A DNA stretch of 64,000 nt. Origin: a virus. Positions 1 through 10,260 of this stretch are shown here, in pieces; position 1 is the first letter of the stretch; each line of letters opens with the position of its first letter. The translations under genes and the position numbers were made by a program. Under the pieces are notes generated by a model, which was given only the letters and a program-made list of their open reading frames with translations, had not been told where the DNA came from and searched no databases. The DNA lies in IMG/VR virus record IMGVR_UViG_3300037575_000021, positions 1 to 64,000 of that record; one strand, given 5' to 3'.

Positions 1-1246
1 CAGCTTTGTGAGCTGCCTCAGCATCAACCCAAGTAGTATAAGTTTCCAGTGGCCCAACATATAGGATATCTCCTTGAACTTTACCAACGTGAACAAGGAA
101 AGTCTTACGACCAACCCCGTTAGTATTGCTACAACGTAGGCCTACGTGGAATGACTCACCAGCTAAGCCAGTTGTATCCCATGTAACAGCACCAGTTGTG
201 GGATTAACTTGAACATCATCGTGCCCAAAGTCTTTGTACCATCTAACGGATCCAGCTGCAGTTGGGTTAGATAACTGAGGTGAAACGCTCATGGTTCCAT
301 CAGTAACTACAAACTGTTCAGTGATGTCTAGGATTACTGGGTAGTCTTCAGCTGTCTCGTTTACAACATTGATTGTAATAGATGCATTAGCTGTCTCACC
401 GTTGCCATCATCACCAGTAACACTTAGAACTTGTTGACCTAGAACAGATGAACTGAAAGTAATCTTGTTACCGTTCTGAGTGAAGTCTGTACTACCTGTG
501 ATTGTATAGGTAACACTGTGACCATCCTGATCGATTGCAGGCCCCACGGTGATAGTCTTAAAGGTATCAACCGGGATAGTATGACCTTGGTTAGTCAGGA
601 CTGGTGGGTTATTAGCAGGGGCAGCTGTAACACTGACGGTTACAGTTCCGGTATCAGTCCCACCATTACCATCATCAACGGTTACGTTTAGGGTTTGTTG
701 GCCCACAACAGCTGAGTTGAAAGTCAGGACATTCGCGTTTTGAGTGAAGTCTGTGCTACCAGTAACAGTGAAAGTTAATGGATCAGCTTCAGTGTCAGTT
801 GCTGATAGGGTGATAACTAAATCAACACCTTGGACAACCGTGTGACTACTCTCTACGAATACCGGAGCAGTGTTACCTCCTCCACCTTGTTTCCAAACAG
901 TATTACCAAAGTGGGCATCCAACTTGGTTTCAATTTGAGCACCAGTATCAGAACCTCCACCACTAGAGATCCAGTTTTCATTCTCAAAGTATTCAGCTAA
1001 AGCTTTACTAATTTCTTCACCCTCTCTCCACAGAGAACTTTTAGGCTCTGGGACTGGGGCGGGATTCTGAGGATTGTACGTAGTCATGTACTCCTCAATT
1101 ACCTCTCGTGAATAAGCCCTGAGTACTTCCTCAGGGACTTCCACGTAATCAGAGGTGATGATATGGCCTTCCTGTAAATCGGTTAGATCATCATCAAACG
1201 AGAAGGACTTCAAATACTTCCCTGATTTGTGGTAGAATATTCTCAT
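1..1246 (-). CDS. Virion protein with tandem Ig/cadherin-like domains (runs off the window edge; missing from ORF track)
   Basis: Manual translation MRIFYHKSGK... from ATG 1246 after GAGG; two repeats of N.PV...TFT.TGSTDFTQN.N..TF.S...GQQ.L.VT.DDGNG. Confidence 0.75.
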   Translation of the reverse strand, partial: MRIFYHKSGKYLKSFSFDDDLTDLQEGHIITSDYVEVPEEVLRAYSREVIEEYMTTYNPQNPAPVPEPKSSLWREGEEISKALAEYFENENWISSGGGSDTGAQIETKLDAHFGNTVWKQGGGGNTAPVFVESSHTVVQGVDLVITLSATDTEADPLTFTVTGSTDFTQNANVLTFNSAVVGQQTLNVTVDDGNGGTDTGTVTVSVTAAPANNPPVLTNQGHTIPVDTFKTITVGPAIDQDGHSVTYTITGSTDFTQNGNKITFSSSVLGQQVLSVTGDDGNGETANASITINVVNETAEDYPVILDITEQFVVTDGTMSVSPQLSNPTAAGSVRWYKDFGHDDVQVNPTTGAVTWDTTGLAGESFHVGLRCSNTNGVGRKTFLVHVGKVQGDILYVGPLETYTTWVDAEAAHKA

Positions 1247-1255
1247 GATTACCTC

Positions 1256-1885
1256 TTAAGGGGTCTGTAGAACACCCCTAGTGATTGAATTTAAGTCGGC
1301 TAGAATAGCATCTACTTCAGCTTCGGTAGTAGCTACATCTAGAGCGTCCTTGGCTTCCCATGCATATCTTGCAATATTCCCTGTAAAGATATTTACGCCG
1401 TTGCCAAGATAGAAAACCGAAAGGGTATCTAAACTATAAACAATATTGGACTCCGCTCGGAATGGAGTCATAAAGCTATGGTTAGCTAAATCCTTTTCAA
1501 GGGCGGCTCTTGTAACCAACCCTTGAATTGCAACGAGGTCGTTAAAGCTTCTCGTCTGAACAATATCAGGTACGTTCCCGGGAAATATAAAGGACATACC
1601 CTCTTCTAGTTTTATCTGCTTCCATTCCTCAACTGCTTCGTAGGCGACATCCTTGTACTTCACGAAAGCGTCATCTGATGCTACGGTTGCAACATCAGCT
1701 GGTATCTCTAGAACTTTGTTCTGTGCATCTGTATCGTTGACTACTAGGTAGGGCCAATAGTCTCTTACAGTTTGTTCATTTGGTTCAGGTACTAAGATGT
1801 AATCCTCAGGGATGGATTCTATATCCGTTCTAAGGTTATGATAACCAAGTACCTTCTTTGTAGTTAAATCATATTGTACGTGCAT
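1256..1885 (-). CDS. Tail fibre assembly-like protein (DUF4376-like C-terminus)
   Basis: Follows the fibre gene; C-terminal FRAESN...AKDALDVATTEAEVDAI pattern. Confidence 0.6.
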   Translation of the reverse strand: MHVQYDLTTKKVLGYHNLRTDIESIPEDYILVPEPNEQTVRDYWPYLVVNDTDAQNKVLEIPADVATVASDDAFVKYKDVAYEAVEEWKQIKLEEGMSFIFPGNVPDIVQTRSFNDLVAIQGLVTRAALEKDLANHSFMTPFRAESNIVYSLDTLSVFYLGNGVNIFTGNIARYAWEAKDALDVATTEAEVDAILADLNSITRGVLQTP

Positions 1886-1887
1886 TA

Positions 1888-4296
1888 CTATCCTCCGAAC
1901 CTATAAGATATGAAATCTAACAGTCCAGTGCCTTGAGTTACTTCTGCAGTTGGTAGATTCAAAGTGTTACTAGAGTAAACAAAACGTCTCACCGATACGT
2001 CCCACCTAACTGCAGTGTGCACCCAGATATTTGTGGAGACCTCACTGGCGAAGAACACAGCGTAATGGTCTTCAATACCATCTACTATAGTCATTGAGGC
2101 GTTAGAGCTGGCCCCTCCGGGTGGGGTTGTATTGATGATGTACTCACCGATGTTAACCCCATTGGAATCAACTATAGGAAAGTCCAAAGAACTCTCATCA
2201 ACAAATCCAGCACTACCATCCCAGATTTGGAATGGTTGAGTCATAACTGCAGGACTCAGTGCAGCAATTTGCTTCCCTGCCTCAATAGCATAGGTGAAAG
2301 GCTTAAACCCAAAGTTGAAAGTTACATCAACAATATCTGCAGTTAGGTTCGTTGCAACAAAACTTGTTGTCCAGTTGGATGCATCACCTACACCTACCAC
2401 TCCAACTTGTTGAGAGTGAATAGTACCTGTACCGTTAACCTGTGCAAAGACTGTAACGTTGTTAGCATCATCTCGTGTTGTCCAGTACCTAACAGTATCA
2501 CCACTTGATAATACACCCGCAAAAGTGGCTAGAGCACTTATAAACCTACCTCTTGGCCTTGTTCCCGAGGTGACCTCGTAGATAGTAATATTTTTGGCGT
2601 TAGTCCCTATAGCAAAACCACGAGACCAGATTGGGCCAGAGGATTTAGGTGAGCAAATGATAGTGGTTATGGCGTTGTTTGAAGTACCAATGCTATCGTA
2701 CTCAACCTCGAAGTAAGTCTCTATTGGGATCATGTGCTTACTTTGAGCATAAACATTCCCAGCGGCACTTGAGGATCTAAAGATCCTTCCGAAGTCTCTA
2801 ACCACTAAGTTAGATGAGGCAGCTGTATTAGTTAAAGCGTCATCAAGAATATTGAAGTTAGAGTTGTAGTTGGTTGGGGATGTTAAGACTTGACCATTAA
2901 CGGTGAATGTTAGGTCACTTGTCGTATTTGTTACATCAAGGATCTTGGTTGAGGGGAGGTATTGGAAATCAAAATTAGGAGTTGAAAGGTGTACACCATT
3001 CGCCTCTTGACTTGTATCACCAGCACCTGTTCCAACAGCAATAGCATTAGCGCCTTGTGAGTTACGACCAGCTCCATTACCGATAGCTACTGCACTCTCA
3101 CCTTGAGTATTCTGACCAGCGAAGAACCCTATACCTACGGCATTATTACCTTGGTCATCTTCAGCTGCTAGGTTACCGATAGCTACACTGTTTATACCCT
3201 GAGTATTTTGCCCCGAGTCTGTACCAATAGCAACCGCACTACCGCCCTGTGAGTTACGTCCACAATCGTGACCGATAGAAACAGATCTTACACCTTGGCT
3301 AGTCCCACCAGCAAAATCACCAATGGCTACTGAACTTTGCCCTTGACCTGAGTTGGCGGCATTAGCACCTATAGCTACTGTGTTGACACCTTGAGAGGTA
3401 CGCCCAGCCTCATTACCAATACCTACCTTAGTGATGTCTTTAAGGACTTTAGGTGAAACATATACAGTGTCAGATGTACCAGCGTCCATATCTGCAATTG
3501 AGGCTGGAGTTCCTCCACCACCCCCGGCATCAACCCAAGAGCGAACACCTGCAGTTGTAGATGACAGGACTTGCCCATCTGTTGCTGGTAACCCTAAGTC
3601 ATCCTCTTTCCCCTCCAAAGCTGCCTGAGTTGCAGTGGAGATTGGCTTGTTAAGGTCAGATGTATTATCAACTTGATCTAAACCTACATCAGTTTTTGTT
3701 AGGTTAGAAAATTCTAATCCAGTCTCACCTACATTAACCCTAACAACTTGCCCTGAAAAGGTCGCATAGTTATTAGGTGTATCTGTAAGCTCTGTAAATG
3801 TCTCAGCGCCGCCTCCCCCAGTGACAACAGACCACCCACCATCTTGACGTGCATACTGTTGACCATCGATGGGTGCCTCATCTAAAGCATCAACCCACTC
3901 GGTCTCGTAATCGTTATCTGTTAACTTAGCTAAGTGCTGACCTGTAGTACCACCTGAAGGTAGACCTCTTTCTTTAATGAGATCCTCCACTGGTGAGCTT
4001 AGTGGTTCACTTAAACTAAGTAATGTTAATAGGTCAATCGGTGTTCCGTCATTAACGATACCGAGACCTAGTTTAACTCTAGATTCCTCTGTGGAACCTT
4101 CATCTATAATCCCTCTGATTGAGAATTGGTAAGAACCATTCTCTAGGGTGAAATCGTAAAGAGCATTTGTTACAGGGAATTCACTGATTGATTGGGGAAC
4201 TGTAACGGTGTTCCCCTCAATGTGTCTAGCTTCAATGACACCAGTGAAATTAGTCCCTGCAGGGTACTCTAAAGATCCTACAATTTGTCTACTCAT
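1888..4296 (-). CDS. Tail fibre / receptor-binding protein with YadA-like beta-roll repeats
   Basis: Fibre motifs DEAPIDGQQYARQDGGW and KTDVGLDQVDNTSDLNKPISTATQAAL; about nine 16-aa xxSQGxxSVAIGxxAG repeats. Confidence 0.8.
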   Translation of the reverse strand: MSRQIVGSLEYPAGTNFTGVIEARHIEGNTVTVPQSISEFPVTNALYDFTLENGSYQFSIRGIIDEGSTEESRVKLGLGIVNDGTPIDLLTLLSLSEPLSSPVEDLIKERGLPSGGTTGQHLAKLTDNDYETEWVDALDEAPIDGQQYARQDGGWSVVTGGGGAETFTELTDTPNNYATFSGQVVRVNVGETGLEFSNLTKTDVGLDQVDNTSDLNKPISTATQAALEGKEDDLGLPATDGQVLSSTTAGVRSWVDAGGGGGTPASIADMDAGTSDTVYVSPKVLKDITKVGIGNEAGRTSQGVNTVAIGANAANSGQGQSSVAIGDFAGGTSQGVRSVSIGHDCGRNSQGGSAVAIGTDSGQNTQGINSVAIGNLAAEDDQGNNAVGIGFFAGQNTQGESAVAIGNGAGRNSQGANAIAVGTGAGDTSQEANGVHLSTPNFDFQYLPSTKILDVTNTTSDLTFTVNGQVLTSPTNYNSNFNILDDALTNTAASSNLVVRDFGRIFRSSSAAGNVYAQSKHMIPIETYFEVEYDSIGTSNNAITTIICSPKSSGPIWSRGFAIGTNAKNITIYEVTSGTRPRGRFISALATFAGVLSSGDTVRYWTTRDDANNVTVFAQVNGTGTIHSQQVGVVGVGDASNWTTSFVATNLTADIVDVTFNFGFKPFTYAIEAGKQIAALSPAVMTQPFQIWDGSAGFVDESSLDFPIVDSNGVNIGEYIINTTPPGGASSNASMTIVDGIEDHYAVFFASEVSTNIWVHTAVRWDVSVRRFVYSSNTLNLPTAEVTQGTGLLDFISYRFGG

Positions 4297-4648
4297 TAGG
4301 GCCTCTAAGTTTCTTTAGTTCCTCTTTTGCCTCATGATATCCCTGAGTCTTAGCAATCTCTAAACGTATATACAGAGTGTCCTCTGATAGTTGCTTAAGG
4401 TACTGTTTTAACTCTCTCATATCTTCTTTAAGAGGATCTAAATTATCCTGTATCATCTCTCTAGTTCTAGCCTCTGTCATAGCTTCAGCCTCTAGTTTAG
4501 TGATCCTAGCTGAGTGATCATCCACTGCCTCGCGTGTCTTCTTTCTTTCCCAAGAAAACCACCCCGCAAGGGTGGCTAACAGGACAGAAAGGAAACCCAC
4601 AAAAAGCTCAGCTAAGTGATTGCCATCTCCGTCAACCATGTCACTCAT
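4289..4648 (-). CDS. Membrane-anchored coiled-coil protein, possible holin-like
   Basis: One N-terminal TM helix followed by a coiled coil. Confidence 0.4.
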   Translation of the reverse strand: MSDMVDGDGNHLAELFVGFLSVLLATLAGWFSWERKKTREAVDDHSARITKLEAEAMTEARTREMIQDNLDPLKEDMRELKQYLKQLSEDTLYIRLEIAKTQGYHEAKEELKKLRGPNE

Positions 4649-4651
4649 TCC

Positions 4652-5053
4652 TTATAGTTTATTTTTGACTAGCCAATCTACGTTGCCGTCACCTGAAGAG
4701 ACATTAATTGTGAATTGGGTTGAACTATCATTAGTAACCCACACATTGCCAAGGTTGGCTTTAGGGGTTACTATAACTTGATATGTTGTGTTTCCTTGAT
4801 CAGGGATTGTTACTACTGCTTGGCTTGAAACTGTGCTCTCTGTTCCTGATAGGTCAGAGTCACGGAAGAATTCAATCCAATCAGATATGAGATCCAGTTC
4901 ATAGTTTAAGTAAGGCCTGATCAAGGCTTCATTTCTGTTTACACCTGACAGCTTGAAGGATGCTGTAGGCTCTACCTTATTGGGTGCACCAGTAACAGGA
5001 TCGTTCTGATCCTGTGATGCCCATTCAGGTAGTAATATTGGAGGTAATGCCAT
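4652..5053 (-). CDS. Tail fibre/baseplate attachment protein
   Basis: PEWA...NKVEP...G...YLNY...WI motif typical of myovirus fibre N-termini. Confidence 0.55.
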   Translation of the reverse strand: MALPPILLPEWASQDQNDPVTGAPNKVEPTASFKLSGVNRNEALIRPYLNYELDLISDWIEFFRDSDLSGTESTVSSQAVVTIPDQGNTTYQVIVTPKANLGNVWVTNDSSTQFTINVSSGDGNVDWLVKNKL

Positions 5054-5056
5054 TAA

Positions 5057-6622
5057 CTAGCTCCCGATAATGTAAGGGTAAGGTTTGAGGATACTGTATA
5101 GAGTAAATAAAGATCCATTCGTAGCATAGGCCAACCCGGTTATGGGGTCGAATGTCTCCAGTAGGCTCCCAGATCCCGTCTTATATCTCTGTACGGTGTG
5201 GATAATCTCATTAGGTGAACCAGCTCCACTCAAGGTAGGGTTAAATATCTGCATCTCAGTTACACCCCATTCAGTGTTAGTACTGGAACTTACCAGTTCG
5301 GCTTTACCGTGTATGTAAATGTATAGATACCCTCCTCTATTAGTCACAGTAACGTCATCAGCATTATCACAAGTGTATCCAACTATTCCTGACTCTAAAT
5401 TAAGCAGAGTGGGAGTACCTATTGTATTAATATCCCAAGGAGTAGATAGTGTGCATTCTGATAATTGTTCCAATGATGATTGTGTACCAACTGAATAGAG
5501 GCGCGTCCCATCCTCATTGAAATTCATCCCACCTAGATCATTTACCCCAACAGCCTTAATACCATTTTCTGTTATGGTTGATATATCCCATGGAGTAGAT
5601 AAGTCATATTGATAGATGAATGATTGAGACATGACATATAACTTAGTTCCGTCTGGTTTGTAGAGTAAACGGTCCATAGATGATGATGAGTTAAGTATCT
5701 GATATGTCTGAGTTAATGTACTGGTGGACAGATCATAAGAAGTCCCTAGTGATACCTCCCAGAAATAGAACACATTACTTGGAGAGGTTAATCTGCCAAA
5801 TACGATAGCGTCTTGACCCTCATTGAAGAATACAAAACCCCACGAGACCAGATTGGCTATGAAGTTCATCCTACCTTGTGAGTGCAGGGTAGGGTTCTTC
5901 ATATCAACCGTAGTCCATTCCCTAACTCTTGTGCCTATGAAGTCATTAATAGTAGCTGCATCTGGGAATTTATCGGAAGCTCCGGATGCCATCTCTGCAG
6001 GAGTAGCTTTCTCAACAGCACCAAGAGATGATGTTGTAGCTGGTTGCTTAATGTTATTATAAGCTGTTGCTGGGCTAGTCACATCAGACAGGTTATTAGA
6101 CTCAAGTAAATATCTCGCATCTGCCTGAGATGTTGTAGGAACATCACTTGCCCCTGTCCCCGTGTTAACAACCGCCGCCGTACCTAATCCAAGATTTGAC
6201 CTTGCAGTCACCACATTTGTAAGATCACTCAAGTTATTAGCTTCAAGTAAATATCTTGCATCGTTTGCATCATTATCCCTGAAGTCTGGACCGCCAGTCC
6301 CTTCGTTCTGAGTTGCTAGTGTGCCAAGGCCTAGGTTGTTTCTGGCAACTGTTGTGTTAGTAAGATCGGAGAGGTTATTAAGCTCCTCTAGATACTTAGC
6401 ATCACCTTCTGATTCACTTAGGACACCTAAGTTAGCCCTAGCGGCGGCATCATCGGTTAAGGATAGTAGGTTGTCATCCTGTCTTAAGTATTTTGTATCA
6501 AGGTGAACCTCTAAGGTAGCCACCGTCGATTTTTTGTCTTCTACGCCTTGTCTTACATGAAGAAGGTCAGAGTCTGCAATAGCGACAACGGCGGGTAAGT
6601 CTGGTAATTCAACATCTGCCAT
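5057..6622 (-). CDS. Tail fibre protein with repeats and a C-terminal propeller-like domain
   Basis: Four YLxxxNNLSDL..AR.NLG-type repeats; repeated LSTPWDI motif. Confidence 0.7.
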   Translation of the reverse strand: MADVELPDLPAVVAIADSDLLHVRQGVEDKKSTVATLEVHLDTKYLRQDDNLLSLTDDAAARANLGVLSESEGDAKYLEELNNLSDLTNTTVARNNLGLGTLATQNEGTGGPDFRDNDANDARYLLEANNLSDLTNVVTARSNLGLGTAAVVNTGTGASDVPTTSQADARYLLESNNLSDVTSPATAYNNIKQPATTSSLGAVEKATPAEMASGASDKFPDAATINDFIGTRVREWTTVDMKNPTLHSQGRMNFIANLVSWGFVFFNEGQDAIVFGRLTSPSNVFYFWEVSLGTSYDLSTSTLTQTYQILNSSSSMDRLLYKPDGTKLYVMSQSFIYQYDLSTPWDISTITENGIKAVGVNDLGGMNFNEDGTRLYSVGTQSSLEQLSECTLSTPWDINTIGTPTLLNLESGIVGYTCDNADDVTVTNRGGYLYIYIHGKAELVSSSTNTEWGVTEMQIFNPTLSGAGSPNEIIHTVQRYKTGSGSLLETFDPITGLAYATNGSLFTLYSILKPYPYIIGS

Positions 6623-6659
6623 CAGAATGTCTCCTTAAAAATTAATTAAAGGGTGCCTA

Positions 6660-7931
6660 TCACACCCGTAAAGTTTCTGCTAGTACGTTGTACTCATCCC
6701 CCTCGGAAGGGTCTAGTTCAGCTAAGAATCCCATACTGACGTTTCCAGTTGAGTCAACAATATTGGATACAACTAAATTAGATTTAGTGCCTAATCCATC
6801 ATCCGTGACAATCTGATCCCCTGTATCGGTAATTAAGAACCTACGGAGAATCTCCAACTCAACCGAGACTAATGGGTCACCAGCCTCTGGTATGAATGTC
6901 ATAGTCCTTGCCACACCAGCTGAGGAGATCTCAGATAGAAGTGCATGGAGTGCAGGACTTTCATTATCCTGAACCTCTACGTGAATATCTGCAGGGTAGT
7001 GCTCGTGAAGTTTAACATATTTGTCTGTGCCATCAGACACTTTGGCTGGGTATCCCGAGGTTTTTCCTCCAAACGCTGCCTGTACATAGCACTGAGATCC
7101 TATACTTGGCGCTCCCTCAAAAACCGCCCCATCATCAAAGAAAACCTCAAAGTCAATATCTGTGGCGGCTCTGTAGGCAGTCATAGTTGTTTCAAATAAC
7201 TTAAAACCATCCTGTAGATCAGTTACTTGCCAGACCTGATTTATAAGTCCCCCACCACCTCCGACCAAAGCACCTGTCTCCATATTAAGAGAAACTGATC
7301 CTAAATCTCCAAGGCTATCAGTGAACTCTAACCTCAGCGCATTATCATTTGTAATTGACTTGGCAACGATAGCGATTGAGAATTCATCCCCTATATTAAC
7401 AGCATCACTATAGGTGCTACTTATGATAGTCCCTGCGCCGAGAAGGTTATAAATTATTGTGGTCAGGCCAACAACAGGATATCCCACTGGGTTTAAAACC
7501 TCTTGATTCTCCATGGTCATGAATAACAAATTAGTATTCCAACCTTCTGGATTATAAGGGTTCCCCATTGTATTTATGAGATTGGGGTAGCTTACAGATG
7601 GACCTAGTGAATTTCTAACAATGCTTAAAATATTATTGATTGTCCCATTAGCACTATTAGCTGTAATACGATTTCTAAGAGCTGCTCTATAAAGCTCATC
7701 AGATTTACCCTGACGGCTTTCACCAACCAATCGACCGATCACATCAAGTTGTCCACCAACAGCTGTGTCTAAATCGAAAGCTGAGTTAACTTCAAAAGCT
7801 AAGTCCTCAACTTTCTGAGTCTCTTGTAGGAAAGCATCAAGTGTTCCCACGATATTGGGCTTGTCCTCGAACTGCTCTATTACACGACCAAGGCCAACCT
7901 CAACAGAATTTTTTAAAACTGGTTCTGCCAT
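6660..7931 (-). CDS. Baseplate wedge protein (DUF2612-like) with inserted domain
   Basis: DLDTAVGGQLDVIGRLVG..R...DELYR..L motif; follows baseplate J. Confidence 0.75.
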   Translation of the reverse strand: MAEPVLKNSVEVGLGRVIEQFEDKPNIVGTLDAFLQETQKVEDLAFEVNSAFDLDTAVGGQLDVIGRLVGESRQGKSDELYRAALRNRITANSANGTINNILSIVRNSLGPSVSYPNLINTMGNPYNPEGWNTNLLFMTMENQEVLNPVGYPVVGLTTIIYNLLGAGTIISSTYSDAVNIGDEFSIAIVAKSITNDNALRLEFTDSLGDLGSVSLNMETGALVGGGGGLINQVWQVTDLQDGFKLFETTMTAYRAATDIDFEVFFDDGAVFEGAPSIGSQCYVQAAFGGKTSGYPAKVSDGTDKYVKLHEHYPADIHVEVQDNESPALHALLSEISSAGVARTMTFIPEAGDPLVSVELEILRRFLITDTGDQIVTDDGLGTKSNLVVSNIVDSTGNVSMGFLAELDPSEGDEYNVLAETLRV

Positions 7932-7940
7932 AAGTCCTCC

Positions 7941-9383
7941 TTAGACTTGAACTGTGTAAACATCCGCCAAGTTGAATGAAGACACCTGTGAATCGGAAAT
8001 AGAGATCTTAGCCTCTGACCAACTGCCCGGGTTAGGAACATCACCAGATGATGCTAGTATTTGCATCTCAACGGTGATATCGTTAAGACCAGATACTGCA
8101 GCATAAATAGGGCCGTAGAATCTTTTAGGGATAACATCCTCACCGATACCCAACGCATTACCTGCCTCTAGGACGGCTTGAACAATATCGTCTGGGCCAG
8201 TTGGTGGGAATAATTCCTCATCGTATAGATCGTAAGTAACACGGGTAGCAATAATGATATCGTCCGGTCTAGAGAAACTAATTGCTCTTGGTGTTTCTGT
8301 TTGGTCAAGAACGTTAACAGTGATGTCACCGAACGTTTGAATACCTGCAGGCTTCTCATTAAAGATTGCCCTAGCAATGTCACCATCGACACCACCTTCA
8401 ACAATCACTTCATAACTGTGTGGGGGTCTACCCTCTCCATCTACGACATCAGATAAGTTTTCAACTAGTAGAACGGCTGATACACCCTCTACGTTGGCAA
8501 CTGCAGAGATATTAGCTGGGACAGTACTACTACCAGCAAGCTGAGTTGTTTGTGAGGCCCTCTCACGTAGTTCCTCATCTGTTTCTTTATCACGACCAGT
8601 TGTAAAACTTAGTGGGTTAGTTGTGGAATCCAGTCCTGAAACCGATGAAACAATTTGTGTCAATGAGTTAGCTGGGGCGCGTATATCACCTGTAACAGTT
8701 GCCTGAGTGAACACAGATGCCGTTACAGACTCTACAAGTAGGAATGTAATAGCTGAGACAGCTATATTATCCTGATTAAGTGTAAATACCCTAAGCTGAT
8801 CCCCTACGTTCTGAGCTTCCCAAGTTCTGCCAGATGGTAGATTTATCTGGGCCACTAACCCGTCAACGATCTCTGTAACCGTTGCTGCACCACTTGATGT
8901 ATAACTAAAATCGTTCCCATTAACTTCAATAGTATAGAGCGTGTTATTCAGTACAGATGAAACCGAGTAGGTAACTTCCTTACACGATGAAGGTGCAAGT
9001 GTTAATGCAAATCCAGTTTCAAATTGATCAAGTGAAGATGGGTTGGCAACTAAAGTCCCTTGAGGGATTACCGTACCATCGGCTCCAGTGAAATCCTGAT
9101 CACCTGAAGTTCTGGCTGCATCTAATCGAGTAATACCGATCAGTGCCACTAGTCTATCAAGAGCAGCACCTTCAGCTTTCGCTATATCGAAACTATCGTA
9201 GATAGCTTGAAGTAATGCTTCCTCATCTGCAATCTCTGCACCGATGATTGCCACTAGTTGACCTAGTAGGGTATCGTTATCGAATACGAGAGATGTGTTT
9301 AAATTTGTTACTAAGCTATCCTGAATATCTGCTTCTACTTCAGGAAAACGTCTTATGGTTAAGCCTTCTTCAGTGATGGCCAT
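7941..9383 (-). CDS. Baseplate J/gp47-like wedge protein
   Basis: AEGAALD, GRDKETDEELRER and PPHSYEVIVEGG motifs. Confidence 0.9.
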   Translation of the reverse strand: MAITEEGLTIRRFPEVEADIQDSLVTNLNTSLVFDNDTLLGQLVAIIGAEIADEEALLQAIYDSFDIAKAEGAALDRLVALIGITRLDAARTSGDQDFTGADGTVIPQGTLVANPSSLDQFETGFALTLAPSSCKEVTYSVSSVLNNTLYTIEVNGNDFSYTSSGAATVTEIVDGLVAQINLPSGRTWEAQNVGDQLRVFTLNQDNIAVSAITFLLVESVTASVFTQATVTGDIRAPANSLTQIVSSVSGLDSTTNPLSFTTGRDKETDEELRERASQTTQLAGSSTVPANISAVANVEGVSAVLLVENLSDVVDGEGRPPHSYEVIVEGGVDGDIARAIFNEKPAGIQTFGDITVNVLDQTETPRAISFSRPDDIIIATRVTYDLYDEELFPPTGPDDIVQAVLEAGNALGIGEDVIPKRFYGPIYAAVSGLNDITVEMQILASSGDVPNPGSWSEAKISISDSQVSSFNLADVYTVQV

Positions 9384-9742
9384 TAAGTAACCTCCAATCC
9401 TTCTAGAGTGACTACCTCACCACTATCTGTAATAGCGGAGAAGTTTACGGTATAAACCCTAGTCCCCGCATCAAGCGAAGATTCGAATTCTGTTATTGAT
9501 TGGATGCCATCAGTTCCAACTATGATTTCAACCACAGCTGCATCTAGCATCCCTTGAGTTCCCTTGCTGAAAAGTAATTCTCTAGGAACTCCGAAGTTGA
9601 TATCCTTGAACCACTCACCTGAGATAGTACTCAAAGATATTTGTAATCTTTGTCTAGTAGACTCTTGAATTGTCCCCAGTAAAGGGATCTGACCATTCTC
9701 GATGATTAGATCACCTGAATCGTCTAAAGCGATATCTGTCAT
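9383..9742 (-). CDS. Baseplate sheath initiator (gp25/gp46-like)
   Basis: DIALD..GDL...QRL...GEWF.D..FG motif and position. Confidence 0.75.
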   Translation of the reverse strand: MTDIALDDSGDLIIENGQIPLLGTIQESTRQRLQISLSTISGEWFKDINFGVPRELLFSKGTQGMLDAAVVEIIVGTDGIQSITEFESSLDAGTRVYTVNFSAITDSGEVVTLEGLEVT

Positions 9743-10251
9743 GATATTCCTCCTACAAGAGGTAAATTAACTGGTGGAGGCCCTGCAGCAAATTCTACCC
9801 AGTTAACTACGATCCCTGAGATAGCTGTTTCAATAGCTGATGCTATATCAGTTGCCTTACTATCAATATCACCACCAACATTATTAAATACTGATGTCAG
9901 TGATGTTGTCAGGGCTGGCCCAACGGTTGAAGCTGTGATGGTGATTGGTGGAATTACCTCATCTAGGGTTGTTGGCTCCCCCGGGTCGCCAGTGGCAATC
10001 CCACCAGCTCCGTAGTATTCCATAATAGCTGTGGCCCACTGAGTTGCAGCTGCTGAGGCTGTGCCCGGGACAGCAAGCTCAAAACTAGAACCTGCTACAG
10101 ATGAGCTGTATAGAACAGCTCCGTCCCCATAGTCAGCTGGCTGAAGGTAATTATTAATAGCTGTAGCTATTAGGGTTGCTGATGCTGAGGCATCCTCGCT
10201 ATTAGTTATGGCAGTCTTAATATCTGCCTCTAAGGTTGTCCCTAATGGCAT
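9739..10251 (-). CDS. Baseplate-region hypothetical protein
   Basis: Coupled ORF between spike and gp25-like genes. Confidence 0.6.
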   Translation of the reverse strand: MPLGTTLEADIKTAITNSEDASASATLIATAINNYLQPADYGDGAVLYSSSVAGSSFELAVPGTASAAATQWATAIMEYYGAGGIATGDPGEPTTLDEVIPPITITASTVGPALTTSLTSVFNNVGGDIDSKATDIASAIETAISGIVVNWVEFAAGPPPVNLPLVGGIS

Positions 10252-10260
10252 TTAAGCCTC

